From Candidatus Nomurabacteria bacterium (GTDB taxonomy: Bacteria > Patescibacteriota > Minisyncoccia > Phycocordibacterales > UBA9973), in the NCBI GenBank assembly GCA_026395895.1, contig JAPLXV010000003.1:1-56600 (forward strand): a stretch of 56,600 bases of DNA. Reading direction: 5' to 3'. Positions 25,251-35,234 of the stretch are shown here, piece by piece. Position 1 is the first letter of the stretch. Each line of letters begins with the position of its first letter. Made by a program: the position numbers and the translations under genes. A model generated the notes under the pieces. The model did no database searches and was not told the DNA's origin. It worked only from the letters and a program-made list of their open reading frames with translations.

Positions 25251-25696
25251 AAGATTATTTTAAATGGCATGCTATAAAATCTGATATTGAAAATTCTGGG
25301 AAAGAAATTCTTTTTCGTGATAGAGAAATTTGGTGGTGCTCGCTTGGAGAAAATGTTGGTTTTGAGCAAGATGGAAAAAATGAGAAATATGAACGGCCCG
25401 TTTTAGTTTTCAGAAAATTTAACAAAGGGATGTTTTGGGGATTACCACTTACTTCAAAAGAAAAAAATGATTCTTTTCACTATAAACTTACTTTACATAT
25501 AAAAAATGAAAATGATGAAATTGAAGAAAAAATTTCTATGGTTATATTATCTCAATTAAGGTTGTTGAGTGGAAAGCGTTTAATTCGTCGTGTTGCTCGT
25601 ATTAATGAAAATAATTTTAAAGAAATAGAAAACAAGGTTATTAGTCTAATAAAAACAAACGAAAACGGACCCCTTTCGGGGTCCTCGAGTGCCTAA
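25247..25696 (+). CDS. PemK/MazF-like toxin-fold protein (GTG start overlapping the trmD stop)
   Basis: REIWWCSLGENVGFEQDGKNEKYERPVLVFRKFNKGMFWGLPLTSK matches the conserved core of MazF/PemK-family proteins. GTGA start/stop overlap with trmD. Confidence 0.7.
   Translation: MKDYFKWHAIKSDIENSGKEILFRDREIWWCSLGENVGFEQDGKNEKYERPVLVFRKFNKGMFWGLPLTSKEKNDSFHYKLTLHIKNENDEIEEKISMVILSQLRLLSGKRLIRRVARINENNFKEIENKVISLIKTNENGPLSGSSSA
25667..25684 (+). repeat. GC hairpin at the 3' end of the MazF-like ORF (possible terminator or palindromic module)
   Basis: GGACCCC-TTTC-GGGGTCC encodes GPLSGS just before the stop. Confidence 0.5.
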
Positions 25697-25736
25697 CGGC
25701 AATTTGTATTTAGATATTACCATTTATTGGATATCT

Positions 25737-26309
25737 ATGCAAGCGAGGTTATCCACTTTTATGAAAAATAGGAATATAGAAAAATTTGATAAAGCATATA
25801 AACAATTTTTATCTGAGAAAGATTCACTAGCCCATTTTAAGGCTATAAAAATATTACTCTCTGGACCCGATTTAGAAGAGTGGTTTGAAGAATTCATTGA
25901 AGAAAAAGATAGTGTAAAAGATTTCTTTCTGATGTGGAAAGATGCCTATAAATATGAAAATAATCAAAAAGATAAAGAAGGATTAAAAAAGCTGGGTATA
26001 CAATCAAAAAAGTTATATATAAAAAAGGATTATAAAAAATTAACTGAGCTTTTCTTTGATATTACCTTGAGACACCTAGTTGATTTTATTCACCTGGAAG
26101 ATCGTGAAGATTTTGAAAAAATAACAGATGTGGAAATATACACAAAAGGACTAATCCCCAATGAAATTTATTTCCAATTTTTCTTAATGGAGACAATGAT
26201 AAAAAGAAAAGATTTTGATTGGGATAGAGGAGAAGTAATTATTAACCAAAGCTTAGCTTGTTTTATAATTTGTTTTTTAGATATTAATGCTTTTTTCAAT
26301 GGAGAATAA
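25737..26309 (+). CDS. Hypothetical protein
   Basis: First in-frame ATG of the track ORF 25689-26309. I recognise no family. Confidence 0.55.
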   Translation: MQARLSTFMKNRNIEKFDKAYKQFLSEKDSLAHFKAIKILLSGPDLEEWFEEFIEEKDSVKDFFLMWKDAYKYENNQKDKEGLKKLGIQSKKLYIKKDYKKLTELFFDITLRHLVDFIHLEDREDFEKITDVEIYTKGLIPNEIYFQFFLMETMIKRKDFDWDRGEVIINQSLACFIICFLDINAFFNGE

Positions 26310-26489
26310 TTTTTAGCTAGACAAGGTTTTAAGATTTATATGAGTAGAAAATTGAAAACAAAAAAATAATTCCTTGGTTGTGTTAGGCAAGACCTAGCTG
26401 GAACATAGTATCTAAAGAAATGTCATTCTTTTTACTTATTGTGCTATAATTATATTATATAAATTTAACCCCAATAACCCTAATAGCCT

Positions 26490-27458
26490 ATGTTTGGAAA
26501 AGAATCATTAAATATTCCTACTATTAAAAAAGAAAAAAAGGAAATTTCGCCCGAAATGCGTGATGGTATTTCATGGGAGGAAAAAATATCTAAATTATAT
26601 TCTTTTTTACGTGAGAAATATCCTGCATTAGAAAAAATAGCAAAAACCTCAAGAGCAACAATTCGTTTGCTTACAGCATTAGTGATACTAGAAGGTGGGC
26701 AACTTTTTGCACAAGAAATTCCTACTAAAAATATTTCAACGAAGGACTTATTCTCTACGGAGGAAATAACCAATCTTAATAGCATGACATTCACTGAAAT
26801 AGCACATCGCTTGGAGCCATTAAAAAAATCACTACCGAATGGCAAGGAGGTGACTTTTTCAAGCACTTTCAAACAAGATGATCAATTAGAAGGGACAGAT
26901 TATAACGGTGTTTTTTCGGAAGGATCTGTACCATCAGACACTGGAATGGTCGGAGATGCAGCAATAGTGTTAAATGATCGACATATTGAAAGAATGGATT
27001 CTGAATCAAGTACAAAAAAGGGAGACGAATTTGATTTTGATCTATATGATCGTGATATTTATTCGGAGATGAAATTTTCCAAATTTGATTCAGGGGAAAT
27101 TAAAGAAATAGGAAATAAAATTACTGTAGTGGGAGGAGGATCAACGAAAGAAGAAGCTGTTATAGAAGCTATGAAATGGCTTTCCATGCGGTATGGACAA
27201 CATCTTTATGGAGGAGATACTGATAATTTAGTAGCTAAAGATTCTAAAGATAATACACACGAATTCAAGCATGTTCGTACAAGTTATGCTTCTTGGAATG
27301 GTATTTCTTTTTTTAAGAATATTCATATAGATAAATTTGAAAGAAAGAATTTAACTAAAGTTGATGCTCTTGGAAAAGAGATAGGGAAAAGTGACAAAAT
27401 TATCTACCATGTTTATGTTTCGGCCCAAAAGGGAATATATGACGGGGAGGAAAGATAA
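26490..27458 (+). CDS. Hypothetical protein with an internal hydrophobic anchor or signal-like segment
   Basis: 322 aa with ATIRLLTALVILEGGQLFAQE near aa 55-75. I recognise no family. Confidence 0.6.
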   Translation: MFGKESLNIPTIKKEKKEISPEMRDGISWEEKISKLYSFLREKYPALEKIAKTSRATIRLLTALVILEGGQLFAQEIPTKNISTKDLFSTEEITNLNSMTFTEIAHRLEPLKKSLPNGKEVTFSSTFKQDDQLEGTDYNGVFSEGSVPSDTGMVGDAAIVLNDRHIERMDSESSTKKGDEFDFDLYDRDIYSEMKFSKFDSGEIKEIGNKITVVGGGSTKEEAVIEAMKWLSMRYGQHLYGGDTDNLVAKDSKDNTHEFKHVRTSYASWNGISFFKNIHIDKFERKNLTKVDALGKEIGKSDKIIYHVYVSAQKGIYDGEER

Positions 27459-27481
27459 TTACAAAAATATTGAATTTTGAT

Positions 27482-27509
27482 TTGACAAAAAAGGGAATGT
27501 GAGTATACT
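27482..27509 (+). promoter_or_regulatory. Candidate sigma-70 promoter for rpoBC
   Basis: TTGACA 27482-27487, 16 nt spacer, TATACT 27504-27509. This implies a ~260 nt 5' UTR. Confidence 0.55.
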
Positions 27510-27630
27510 AGGGTATAAGAGATTGATTGAGTTTCGGATGTATCTCCTAGTTTGTATTAATAGAGCTTAATCATAAATACCTAAATAAATTTAAAAGAAG
27601 CTAGAGAAAAGCATTTCTTTTTTGTTTTGT

Positions 27631-27776
27631 TTAGAAAAATAAGGAACGTAGTGACTATATTTTTCTTAACCCCAGTTAAATAATTTTCTGACTTAGGTCA
27701 GAAAATTCCCTGCAAAGCAGGGATTTAACAGGGTGATGATTTTAATAGTCGTTTCACTCCTTTAAAATCAATCATG
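27631..27776 (+). ncRNA. Structured leader element, copy 2 (ends at the ATG of rpoB)
   Basis: Conserved 5' and 3' blocks shared with 6817-6954. Internal hairpins TTTTCTGAC-TTA-GGTCAGAAAA and TCCCTGC-AAA-GCAGGGA replace the two hairpins of copy 1. Confidence 0.55.
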
Positions 27777-30700
27777 CAAACAGAAAAACGTCCAAAGAAG
27801 TATTTTGCCAGATACAAGGATCCATTAATAGAATTTCCTAATTTAATAGAAGCTCAAACTAAATCTTACAAGTGGCTTGTGGAAGAGGGTTTGAAGGAAG
27901 TTTTTAAGGAATTTTCTCCAATCATCGATTACTCTGGAAAAAAGTTTGAACTTGAGTTCACCTCTTTTTCTTTGGGTGAGCCTAATTGCGATGAGAATGA
28001 TGCGAAAATAAATAAACTCTCATATCAAGGGCTTTTGAAGACGCGAGTAAAATTAAAAAATAAAATTTTAGGAACCGAAAAAGAGCAAGAAATTTTTATG
28101 TCTGAAATTCCACTTATGACTGCACACGGAACTTTTATTATCAATGGAGTAGAGCGTGTGATTGTGCCACAGCTTGCAAGAAGTTTTGGAGTCTTTTTTA
28201 CTGAATCTGAAAATAAAGGCAAAAGATATTTTGGGGCAAAAATTATTCCAGCTCGTGGAGTTTGGATTGAAATAGAATCAGAATCTGATGGGGCAATTTA
28301 TATAAGAATAGACAAAAAAAGAAAATTTCCTGCTACCGCTTTGCTTCGAGTAATGGGATATGAAACGAATGAGATGATGCTCAAAGCATTTTCCGCCAAA
28401 GGCGGACAAGCCTCTGGCTTGGAAAACATATGCAAAGAAGCCATTGAAGCTTGTTTGGCAAAAGATGTAGCCAAAACATTAAATGATGCATATATTGAAA
28501 TATATAAACGCTTAAGAGACGGAGACATGGCTACTCCCGAGAATGCTAAAGAATTTATTAATTCTTTATTTACCCCTGAAAGATATGATCTTTCTCCAGT
28601 TGGACGATACCGATTTAATAAACGTTTTGAAAAATCTCTGGAAGAAGACGAACTTGCTCGCCGAACTATTTCTAAAGAAGATTTAATGACTGTCATTGCA
28701 AATATTATTGTTTTAAACAATACTCCTGGAGCTAAATCCGACGATATTGATCACTTGGGCCAAAGACGTGTTCGATTTGTTGGAGAAATGCTTCAGCAAA
28801 AAGTGCGTACTGGTATGATGCAAATAAAGAGAAACATTCAAGACAGAATGTCTATTATTGATGTTGATACTGCCATGCCCATCCATATTATCAATCAACG
28901 TCCACTCCAAGCTCGCATTAAAGAATTTTTTACTACCAACCAACTTTCGCAATTTATGTCGCAGGAAAATGTGCTGGCAGAGATAGAACACATTCGTTTG
29001 CTTTCTGCCCTTGGTCCTGGGGGACTTACTCGTGAACGCGCAGGTCTAGAAGTTCGAGACGTGCACCCTTCTCACTATGGACGTGTTTGTCCTATTCATA
29101 CTCCAGAAGGTCCAAACATTGGACTTATTTTACATCTTTCTACTTATGCAAAAATAAATGATTTTGGAATTATTGAAACTCCATATATAAAAGTTAAAAA
29201 TGGAAAAATCACCGGAGAAGTTCAATATTTAAATGCACTGGAAGAAGAAAAATACAATATTGCCCATGCTGGAATTCTTTATGATGAGCATGGAAAAATA
29301 ACAGAAGAAAAAGTAGCAGCCAGAATAAAAACTAATCCAGGAATGATAAATCGCGATCAAGTTGATTTTATTGATGTGGCTGCTAATCAGGGTTTTTCTC
29401 TAGCAACTTCTATGATTCCATTTTTGGAACATAATGACGCTAACCGTTCGCTCATGGGAAGTAACATGCAAAAACAAGCAGTGCCTTGTGTTCTTCCTGA
29501 AGCACCATTGGTGGCCACCGGAATTGAAGCGATGGCTTCTCGCTACTCTGGTAGAATGGTTATTGCTTTAGAAGATGGGGTTGTTTCTTATTTAGATGCA
29601 AAGAAAATAGTAGTCAAAGGAAAATCAGAAAAAACTTATACGCTCGTTAATTTTTTGAGGAATAATAACTTTTCTGCCTTTCATCAACGTCCTTCGGTAG
29701 ATGTTGGCCAAAAAATAAAAAAAGGAGACGTTTTAGCTGATACAACCAGCACAGTAGATGGACAAATTTCAGTTGGACAAAATATCTTTGTGGCTTTCTT
29801 GTCTTGGTCTGGATCAAACTATGAAGATGCTATAGTTATTTCTGAACGTCTTATAAAAAAGAGTAAATTTACCAGTGTTTATGTTGAAGAGTTCGTTTGC
29901 ACAGTTCGTGATACGAAACTTGGACCTGAAATTACTACTCGAGATATTCCAAACGTTGGAGAATTAAAACTAAAAGATTTGGATGAGGATGGTATCGTTC
30001 GTATTGGAGCTGAAGTGAGAGAGAATGATATTTTAATAGGTAAAATTACTCCCAAAGGTGAAACAGAACTTACTCCAGAAGAAAGATTACTTCGTTCAAT
30101 TTTTGCCGAAAAAGCACGTGATGTGAAAGATACATCACTTCGCATGGAACACGGCAAACGTGGACGTATTATTGGTGTTAAAATTTTCTCTCGCGATTTA
30201 GGTCATACACTTGAAGCAGGAATTATTAAAAAGATTGTGATTGAAGTTGCTCAAATTAGAAATATTTCAGTCGGGGATAAACTTTCTGGACGACACGGAA
30301 ACAAAGGAGTTATTTCAAGAATTCTTTCAGAAGAAGATATGCCTTATACAGCAGATGGTACACCAGTTGATATTGTTCTTTCACCTTTAGGTGTTCCTTC
30401 TCGTATGAATCTAGGACAAGTTTTAGAAATGCATCTTGGTATGGCAGCCAATACTCTAGGATATCAAGCCATCGTTCCTCCATTTTTAGGAGCCAGTCAT
30501 GAAGAAATAAAAGAGGAATTAAAGAAAGCTGGATTTCCTGAAAATGGTAAATTAAAACTTTTTGACGGACGCACAGGAGAAGCTTTTGATCAAGATATTG
30601 CTGTTGGTTATATGTATATGTTGAAGCTTCATCATATGGTAGAAGATAAAATTCATATGCGTTCTATTGGACCTTACTCTCTTATTACTCAACAGCCATT

Positions 30701-30968
30701 AGGCGGTAAAGCTCAAGGTGGAGGACAAAGATTCGGAGAAATGGAAGTATGGGCCTTGGAAGGATATGGCGCAGCTTATACTTTACGAGAAATGCTTACT
30801 ATCAAGTCTGATGACATTTTAGGTCGTTCCCAGACTTTTGATTCTATTATCAAAAACGAAGTCATTAAACCGCCAAATTCTCCAGCATCATTCAATGTGT
30901 TGCTAAATTATTTACGAGGGCTTGCGCTTGATGTTAACTTGAAAAAATACAATGAAAACTTTAAATAA
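27774..30968 (+). CDS. rpoB: DNA-directed RNA polymerase subunit beta
   Basis: LIEAQTKSY, GTFIINGVERVIV, RLLSALGPGGLTRERAG.EVRDVH.SHYGR.CPI.TPEGPNIGL, GRHGNKGV, GGQRFGEMEVWALE. Confidence 0.98.
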   Translation: MQTEKRPKKYFARYKDPLIEFPNLIEAQTKSYKWLVEEGLKEVFKEFSPIIDYSGKKFELEFTSFSLGEPNCDENDAKINKLSYQGLLKTRVKLKNKILGTEKEQEIFMSEIPLMTAHGTFIINGVERVIVPQLARSFGVFFTESENKGKRYFGAKIIPARGVWIEIESESDGAIYIRIDKKRKFPATALLRVMGYETNEMMLKAFSAKGGQASGLENICKEAIEACLAKDVAKTLNDAYIEIYKRLRDGDMATPENAKEFINSLFTPERYDLSPVGRYRFNKRFEKSLEEDELARRTISKEDLMTVIANIIVLNNTPGAKSDDIDHLGQRRVRFVGEMLQQKVRTGMMQIKRNIQDRMSIIDVDTAMPIHIINQRPLQARIKEFFTTNQLSQFMSQENVLAEIEHIRLLSALGPGGLTRERAGLEVRDVHPSHYGRVCPIHTPEGPNIGLILHLSTYAKINDFGIIETPYIKVKNGKITGEVQYLNALEEEKYNIAHAGILYDEHGKITEEKVAARIKTNPGMINRDQVDFIDVAANQGFSLATSMIPFLEHNDANRSLMGSNMQKQAVPCVLPEAPLVATGIEAMASRYSGRMVIALEDGVVSYLDAKKIVVKGKSEKTYTLVNFLRNNNFSAFHQRPSVDVGQKIKKGDVLADTTSTVDGQISVGQNIFVAFLSWSGSNYEDAIVISERLIKKSKFTSVYVEEFVCTVRDTKLGPEITTRDIPNVGELKLKDLDEDGIVRIGAEVRENDILIGKITPKGETELTPEERLLRSIFAEKARDVKDTSLRMEHGKRGRIIGVKIFSRDLGHTLEAGIIKKIVIEVAQIRNISVGDKLSGRHGNKGVISRILSEEDMPYTADGTPVDIVLSPLGVPSRMNLGQVLEMHLGMAANTLGYQAIVPPFLGASHEEIKEELKKAGFPENGKLKLFDGRTGEAFDQDIAVGYMYMLKLHHMVEDKIHMRSIGPYSLITQQPLGGKAQGGGQRFGEMEVWALEGYGAAYTLREMLTIKSDDILGRSQTFDSIIKNEVIKPPNSPASFNVLLNYLRGLALDVNLKKYNENFK
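28392..28421 (+). repeat. 30 nt tandem-hairpin module in frame in rpoB (family 2)
   Basis: TCCGCC-AAA-GGCGGA, then CAAGCC-TCT-GGCTTG. Codon-aligned; encodes SAKGGQASGL. Confidence 0.8.
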
Positions 30969-33900
30969 AACTGATTTTGATTATATTTCGCTCAAGCTCG
31001 CATCACCTGAGCAAATAAAAGACTGGTCTTACGGAGAAGTAACCAAACCGGAGACTATCAATTATCGTACCGGCCGATCTGAGCGCGGGGGTCTTTTTGA
31101 CGAAAAAATATTTGGACCGGAAAAAGATTATGAATGTTATTGTGGAAAATATCGCCGAATTCGTTATAAAGATATTATCTGTGAAAAATGTGGAGTGGAA
31201 GTAACTCGTTCTATTGTTAGACGAGAAAGAATGGGACACATTGAATTGGCAACACCTGTTGCTCATATTTGGTTTTTGCGTGGAGTCCCTTCTCGCATGA
31301 GTATTCTTTTAAATATTTCTGTTTCGGATCTTGAAAAAGTAATATATTTTGCTGGATATATCATTACTAAAGTTCATGAAGATGAAAAAGAAAAAATAAC
31401 TAGTAATTTAGAAAAAGAATATAAAACTAAGTTAAAAAATGCAGCTGATGATGACACTCGTGAAAAATTAAAAAATTTATTTTCTAATACCAAAAAAGAA
31501 ATTTTAGAAATTTATGAAGGGAAAGTTTTAAATGAAATTTCTTTTCATCATTATTCGTTGAAATATGGTATTTGTTTTGAAGCAAACATTGGAGCTGAAG
31601 CGATTTATTCTATTTTCAAAAACCTTGACTTGAATAAATTAAAAATTCATACCGAAAAAATGCTTGAAAAAACAAGCGTAATTGAAAAAGAAAAATTACA
31701 AAAAAGACTTTCACTTATTCGGGCAATGACCTACGCTGGCATCAGACCTGAGTGGATGTTTTTGACTGTTATTCCAGTTATTCCTCCAGTTTTACGTCCA
31801 ATGGTTGCCTTAGATGGAGGACGCCATGCTACTTCAGATTTAAATGATTTATACAGACGAGTTATAAACAGAAATAACCGCTTGAAGAAATTAAAGGAAA
31901 TTAATGCGCCAGATGTGATTTTAAGAAATGAAAAAAGAATCATTCAAGAAGCCGTAGATGCGTTAATTGATAACTCAATCGCCAAGCAAAACGACAGTGC
32001 GGCTATGAGTCAATCTCAAAAGCGTCCGTTAAAATCTCTATCAGATAACTTAAAATCAAAACAAGGTTTATTCCGCCAGAATTTGCTCGGTAAGCGTGTA
32101 GACTATTCAGGTCGCTCAGTGATTGTGGTTGGTCCGGAACTAAAATTAAATCAATGTGGTCTACCAAAACATATGGCATTGGAACTTTTCAGGCCATTTG
32201 TTATTTCAAAAATTCTACAAGCTGAATTAGCCTTTAATATTCGTGGAGCAAACAAATTAATAGAAGAACGCACACCAGAAGTTTGGGCAATGCTCGAAGA
32301 AGTAATTCAAGGAAAATATGTTCTTTTAAACCGCGCGCCTACGCTTCATCGATTAGGCATTCAAGCTTTCAATCCAATTTTGATTGAAGGAAATGCTATT
32401 CAAGTACATCCACTCGTTTGTGCCGCTTTCAATGCAGACTTCGACGGAGACCAAATGGCAGTTTATGTTCCTCTTTTAGAAGAAGCTCAGTGGGAAGCCA
32501 GAGAATTAATGGCTGCAAACAAAAACTTACTTAAACCCCAAAACGGAGAGCCAATAGTGCATCCAAGCCGAGACATTGTGCTTGGAGCTTATTGGATGAC
32601 CAAATCTGTTGATGGTGAAAAAGGAGAAGGTAAATATTTCTCAAGCCCGAACACGGCTATAACTGCTTACGGATATGGTGTTGTTTCTCTAAGAGCTAAA
32701 ATAAAAGTTTTATCCACAAACAGTCATAAATACAGTAAATTTGGCGGAGAAATTTTTGAAACGTCTGTAGGGAAACTTCTTTTCAACAGTATCTTACCTG
32801 AAGATTTTTCTTATGTCAGCGATGAAATGGGTGTGAAAAGATTATCGTCTTTGGTGGATGAATTGATTGTGCATTATGGAGTGGATGAAACTCCTCCTAT
32901 TTTGGACAAAATCAAGAATTTTGGTTTTCATTACTCAACTATTTCTGGTACGACTTGGGGGCTGGAAAATATAAAGGTACCAAAAGAAAAGGCAAAAATA
33001 ATTGAAGAGGGAAGAAAACAGGAAGAAAAAATAATTTCTGAGTGGAGTGAAGGTCTTCTTTCAGAAGAAGAAAGATATCAGAAAGTTATTGAAATCTGGA
33101 CATACGCTAAAAAAGAATTAGAAAAAATATTGCCACAATCTTTGGACAAAAATGGTTCGGCTTTTGATTTGCTTACTTCCGGAGCTAGAGGTTCAATGGG
33201 ACAGCTGGTTCAGATGACTGGAATGAAAGGACTTATTCAAAATAACCAAGGAAGAACATTAGAGTTTCCAATTATTCCAAGTTATCTTGAAGGGCTTTCT
33301 CCAATAGAATATTTCGTTACCACTCACGGTGCTCGTAAAGGTGCTTCAGATACTGCTCTAAATACCGCTAAAGCTGGATATTTGACTCGTAGATTAGTTG
33401 ACGTGGCGCAGGATGTGGTTATCACTGAAGAAGATTGTGGTACCAAAGAGGGTAAAATAGTAACAAGGGAAAACATTTCTGGAATTGAAATTCCACTTTC
33501 AAAAAATATTCGTGGACGTGTTTTGGCTGGTGATCTTAAAGATAAAAATGGAAAAGTAGTTTACAAAAAAGGATTTTTAGTCACTAAAGAAGAAGCTTAT
33601 AACATTGAGGGAGCAGGTTTTGAAGAAGTCTTTGTTCGTTCTCCTCTCACTTGTCGCACTACTCATGGTCTCTGTCAGATGTGTTATGGATTAGACCTTG
33701 GACGAAATCATCTTGTTGATTTGGGTGAAGCAGTCGGTATTGTTGCTGCTCAAGCCATAGGAGAACCGGGTACTCAGCTCACCCTTCGAACATTCCATTC
33801 TGGAGGGGTTGCAGGAACGGACATAACCACAGGCTTGCCTCGTGTTGAAGAAATTTTTGAAAGACGCATTCCTAAAAATCCAGCTATAGTTTCTGAAACC

Positions 33901-34584
33901 GATGGAGAAGTCTTTGAAATAAAAGATAAAGATGGAAAAGAAAAAATACTTAAAGTACTTTCTGATATACCGGATGGTAAAGTAAGTTCAAAAGCTGGAA
34001 CTAAATCAAATGAAATGGAATACACTATACCATTTCGTCGAACGCCAATAGTAAAAGTAGGTCAAAAGGTAAAGAAAGGTGAGTTGTTAACTGATGGGTC
34101 AGCTGATATTGCTGAAATATTTAAATTCGGAAGCAAGGAATTTGTGGAAGAATATATAATTCGAGAAATAAATAAAGTTTATGAATTGCAAAGCGCTTCC
34201 ATTTCCAGAAAACATACGGAAATAATAATTCGTCAAATGTTTTCACGTAGAAAAATAAAAGATGCCGGCGAAACCAATTTTTCTGTTGGTGACATTGTAG
34301 AAAATACAGCTTTTATTGAAGAAAATAATAGAGTAGTTAAAGCAAAATTACAGGAAGCCAAAGCAGAAACAATCGTACTTGGTATTACGGAAGTTTCTCT
34401 TCGTACTAAGAGTTGGTTGTCTGCGGCATCATTCCAAAATACCAACCGTGTTCTCATCGAAAATGCAGTTAAAGGCGGAGTTGATTCTCTCAGAGGTTTA
34501 AAAGAAAATGTTATCATCGGGCGATTAATTCCAGCTGGGACTGGATTTAAAAGTAAGGTAATTTCTCCCGAGGAGGAGGAATAA
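30952..34584 (+). CDS. rpoC: DNA-directed RNA polymerase subunit beta'
   Basis: Zn finger CYCGKY...CEKCGVEV, NADFDGDQMAV and GEPGTQLTLRTFHSGG. It overlaps the rpoB stop by 17 nt. Confidence 0.98.
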   Translation: MKTLNKTDFDYISLKLASPEQIKDWSYGEVTKPETINYRTGRSERGGLFDEKIFGPEKDYECYCGKYRRIRYKDIICEKCGVEVTRSIVRRERMGHIELATPVAHIWFLRGVPSRMSILLNISVSDLEKVIYFAGYIITKVHEDEKEKITSNLEKEYKTKLKNAADDDTREKLKNLFSNTKKEILEIYEGKVLNEISFHHYSLKYGICFEANIGAEAIYSIFKNLDLNKLKIHTEKMLEKTSVIEKEKLQKRLSLIRAMTYAGIRPEWMFLTVIPVIPPVLRPMVALDGGRHATSDLNDLYRRVINRNNRLKKLKEINAPDVILRNEKRIIQEAVDALIDNSIAKQNDSAAMSQSQKRPLKSLSDNLKSKQGLFRQNLLGKRVDYSGRSVIVVGPELKLNQCGLPKHMALELFRPFVISKILQAELAFNIRGANKLIEERTPEVWAMLEEVIQGKYVLLNRAPTLHRLGIQAFNPILIEGNAIQVHPLVCAAFNADFDGDQMAVYVPLLEEAQWEARELMAANKNLLKPQNGEPIVHPSRDIVLGAYWMTKSVDGEKGEGKYFSSPNTAITAYGYGVVSLRAKIKVLSTNSHKYSKFGGEIFETSVGKLLFNSILPEDFSYVSDEMGVKRLSSLVDELIVHYGVDETPPILDKIKNFGFHYSTISGTTWGLENIKVPKEKAKIIEEGRKQEEKIISEWSEGLLSEEERYQKVIEIWTYAKKELEKILPQSLDKNGSAFDLLTSGARGSMGQLVQMTGMKGLIQNNQGRTLEFPIIPSYLEGLSPIEYFVTTHGARKGASDTALNTAKAGYLTRRLVDVAQDVVITEEDCGTKEGKIVTRENISGIEIPLSKNIRGRVLAGDLKDKNGKVVYKKGFLVTKEEAYNIEGAGFEEVFVRSPLTCRTTHGLCQMCYGLDLGRNHLVDLGEAVGIVAAQAIGEPGTQLTLRTFHSGGVAGTDITTGLPRVEEIFERRIPKNPAIVSETDGEVFEIKDKDGKEKILKVLSDIPDGKVSSKAGTKSNEMEYTIPFRRTPIVKVGQKVKKGELLTDGSADIAEIFKFGSKEFVEEYIIREINKVYELQSASISRKHTEIIIRQMFSRRKIKDAGETNFSVGDIVENTAFIEENNRVVKAKLQEAKAETIVLGITEVSLRTKSWLSAASFQNTNRVLIENAVKGGVDSLRGLKENVIIGRLIPAGTGFKSKVISPEEEE

Positions 34585-34589
34585 AAACA

Positions 34590-34609
34590 AAACTCCCTTG
34601 TGGGAGTTT
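34590..34609 (+). terminator. Hairpin after rpoC (possible terminator)
   Basis: AAACTCCC-TTGT-GGGAGTTT, with only a short T run after it. Confidence 0.4.
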
Positions 34610-34657
34610 CTCGGAGGCCGAAGCCATTGTAACTAAAGTATATTAAACACAGAAAAT

Positions 34658-35167
34658 ATGTCAAACAAGCAGAAAAATAACTATGCTTTTATAGACAGTC
34701 AGAATCTTAATTTAAGCATTCGTAGTTTGGGTTGGAACTTAAATTTTAGGCATTTTCGTGTATATCTAAAAGATAAATATAATGTCTCAAAAGCTTTTCT
34801 TTTTATTGGTTATGTAGAGGGGAATAATGACCTTTATAAATCTCTTCAAGAAGCTGGTTTTATTTGTATCTTCAAACCTACACTAAAATATAAAGACGGG
34901 ACAACAAAAGGAAATTGTGATGCAGAATTAGTTTTACAAACCATGGTTGAATATCTTAATTACGAGAAAGCTGTTATTGTTACGGGTGATGGTGATTTTT
35001 ATTGTTTAGTAAAGTATTTAATTGAACAAAAAAAGCTACAGGCAATTATTGTTCCTAATCGTTTAAAATTTTCAGCTTTGCTTAAATTTAAAATTTGTCG
35101 TTCATATTTACGTTTTTTGAACGATTTACAGAGAAAATTAGAGTATAAAAAAGAAAAGACCCCATAA
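34658..35167 (+). CDS. NYN/LabA-like (PIN-fold) domain protein
   Basis: YAFIDSQNLNLS...FLFIGY...GNCDAELVLQTM...VIVTGDGDFYCLVKYL. Confidence 0.8.
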   Translation: MSNKQKNNYAFIDSQNLNLSIRSLGWNLNFRHFRVYLKDKYNVSKAFLFIGYVEGNNDLYKSLQEAGFICIFKPTLKYKDGTTKGNCDAELVLQTMVEYLNYEKAVIVTGDGDFYCLVKYLIEQKKLQAIIVPNRLKFSALLKFKICRSYLRFLNDLQRKLEYKKEKTP

Positions 35168-35234
35168 GGACAAAACCTTAAGGGGTGGTCTCTTCTGTTG
35201 GTGATATACTAGTATAATAGCAAATCGTAAACAA

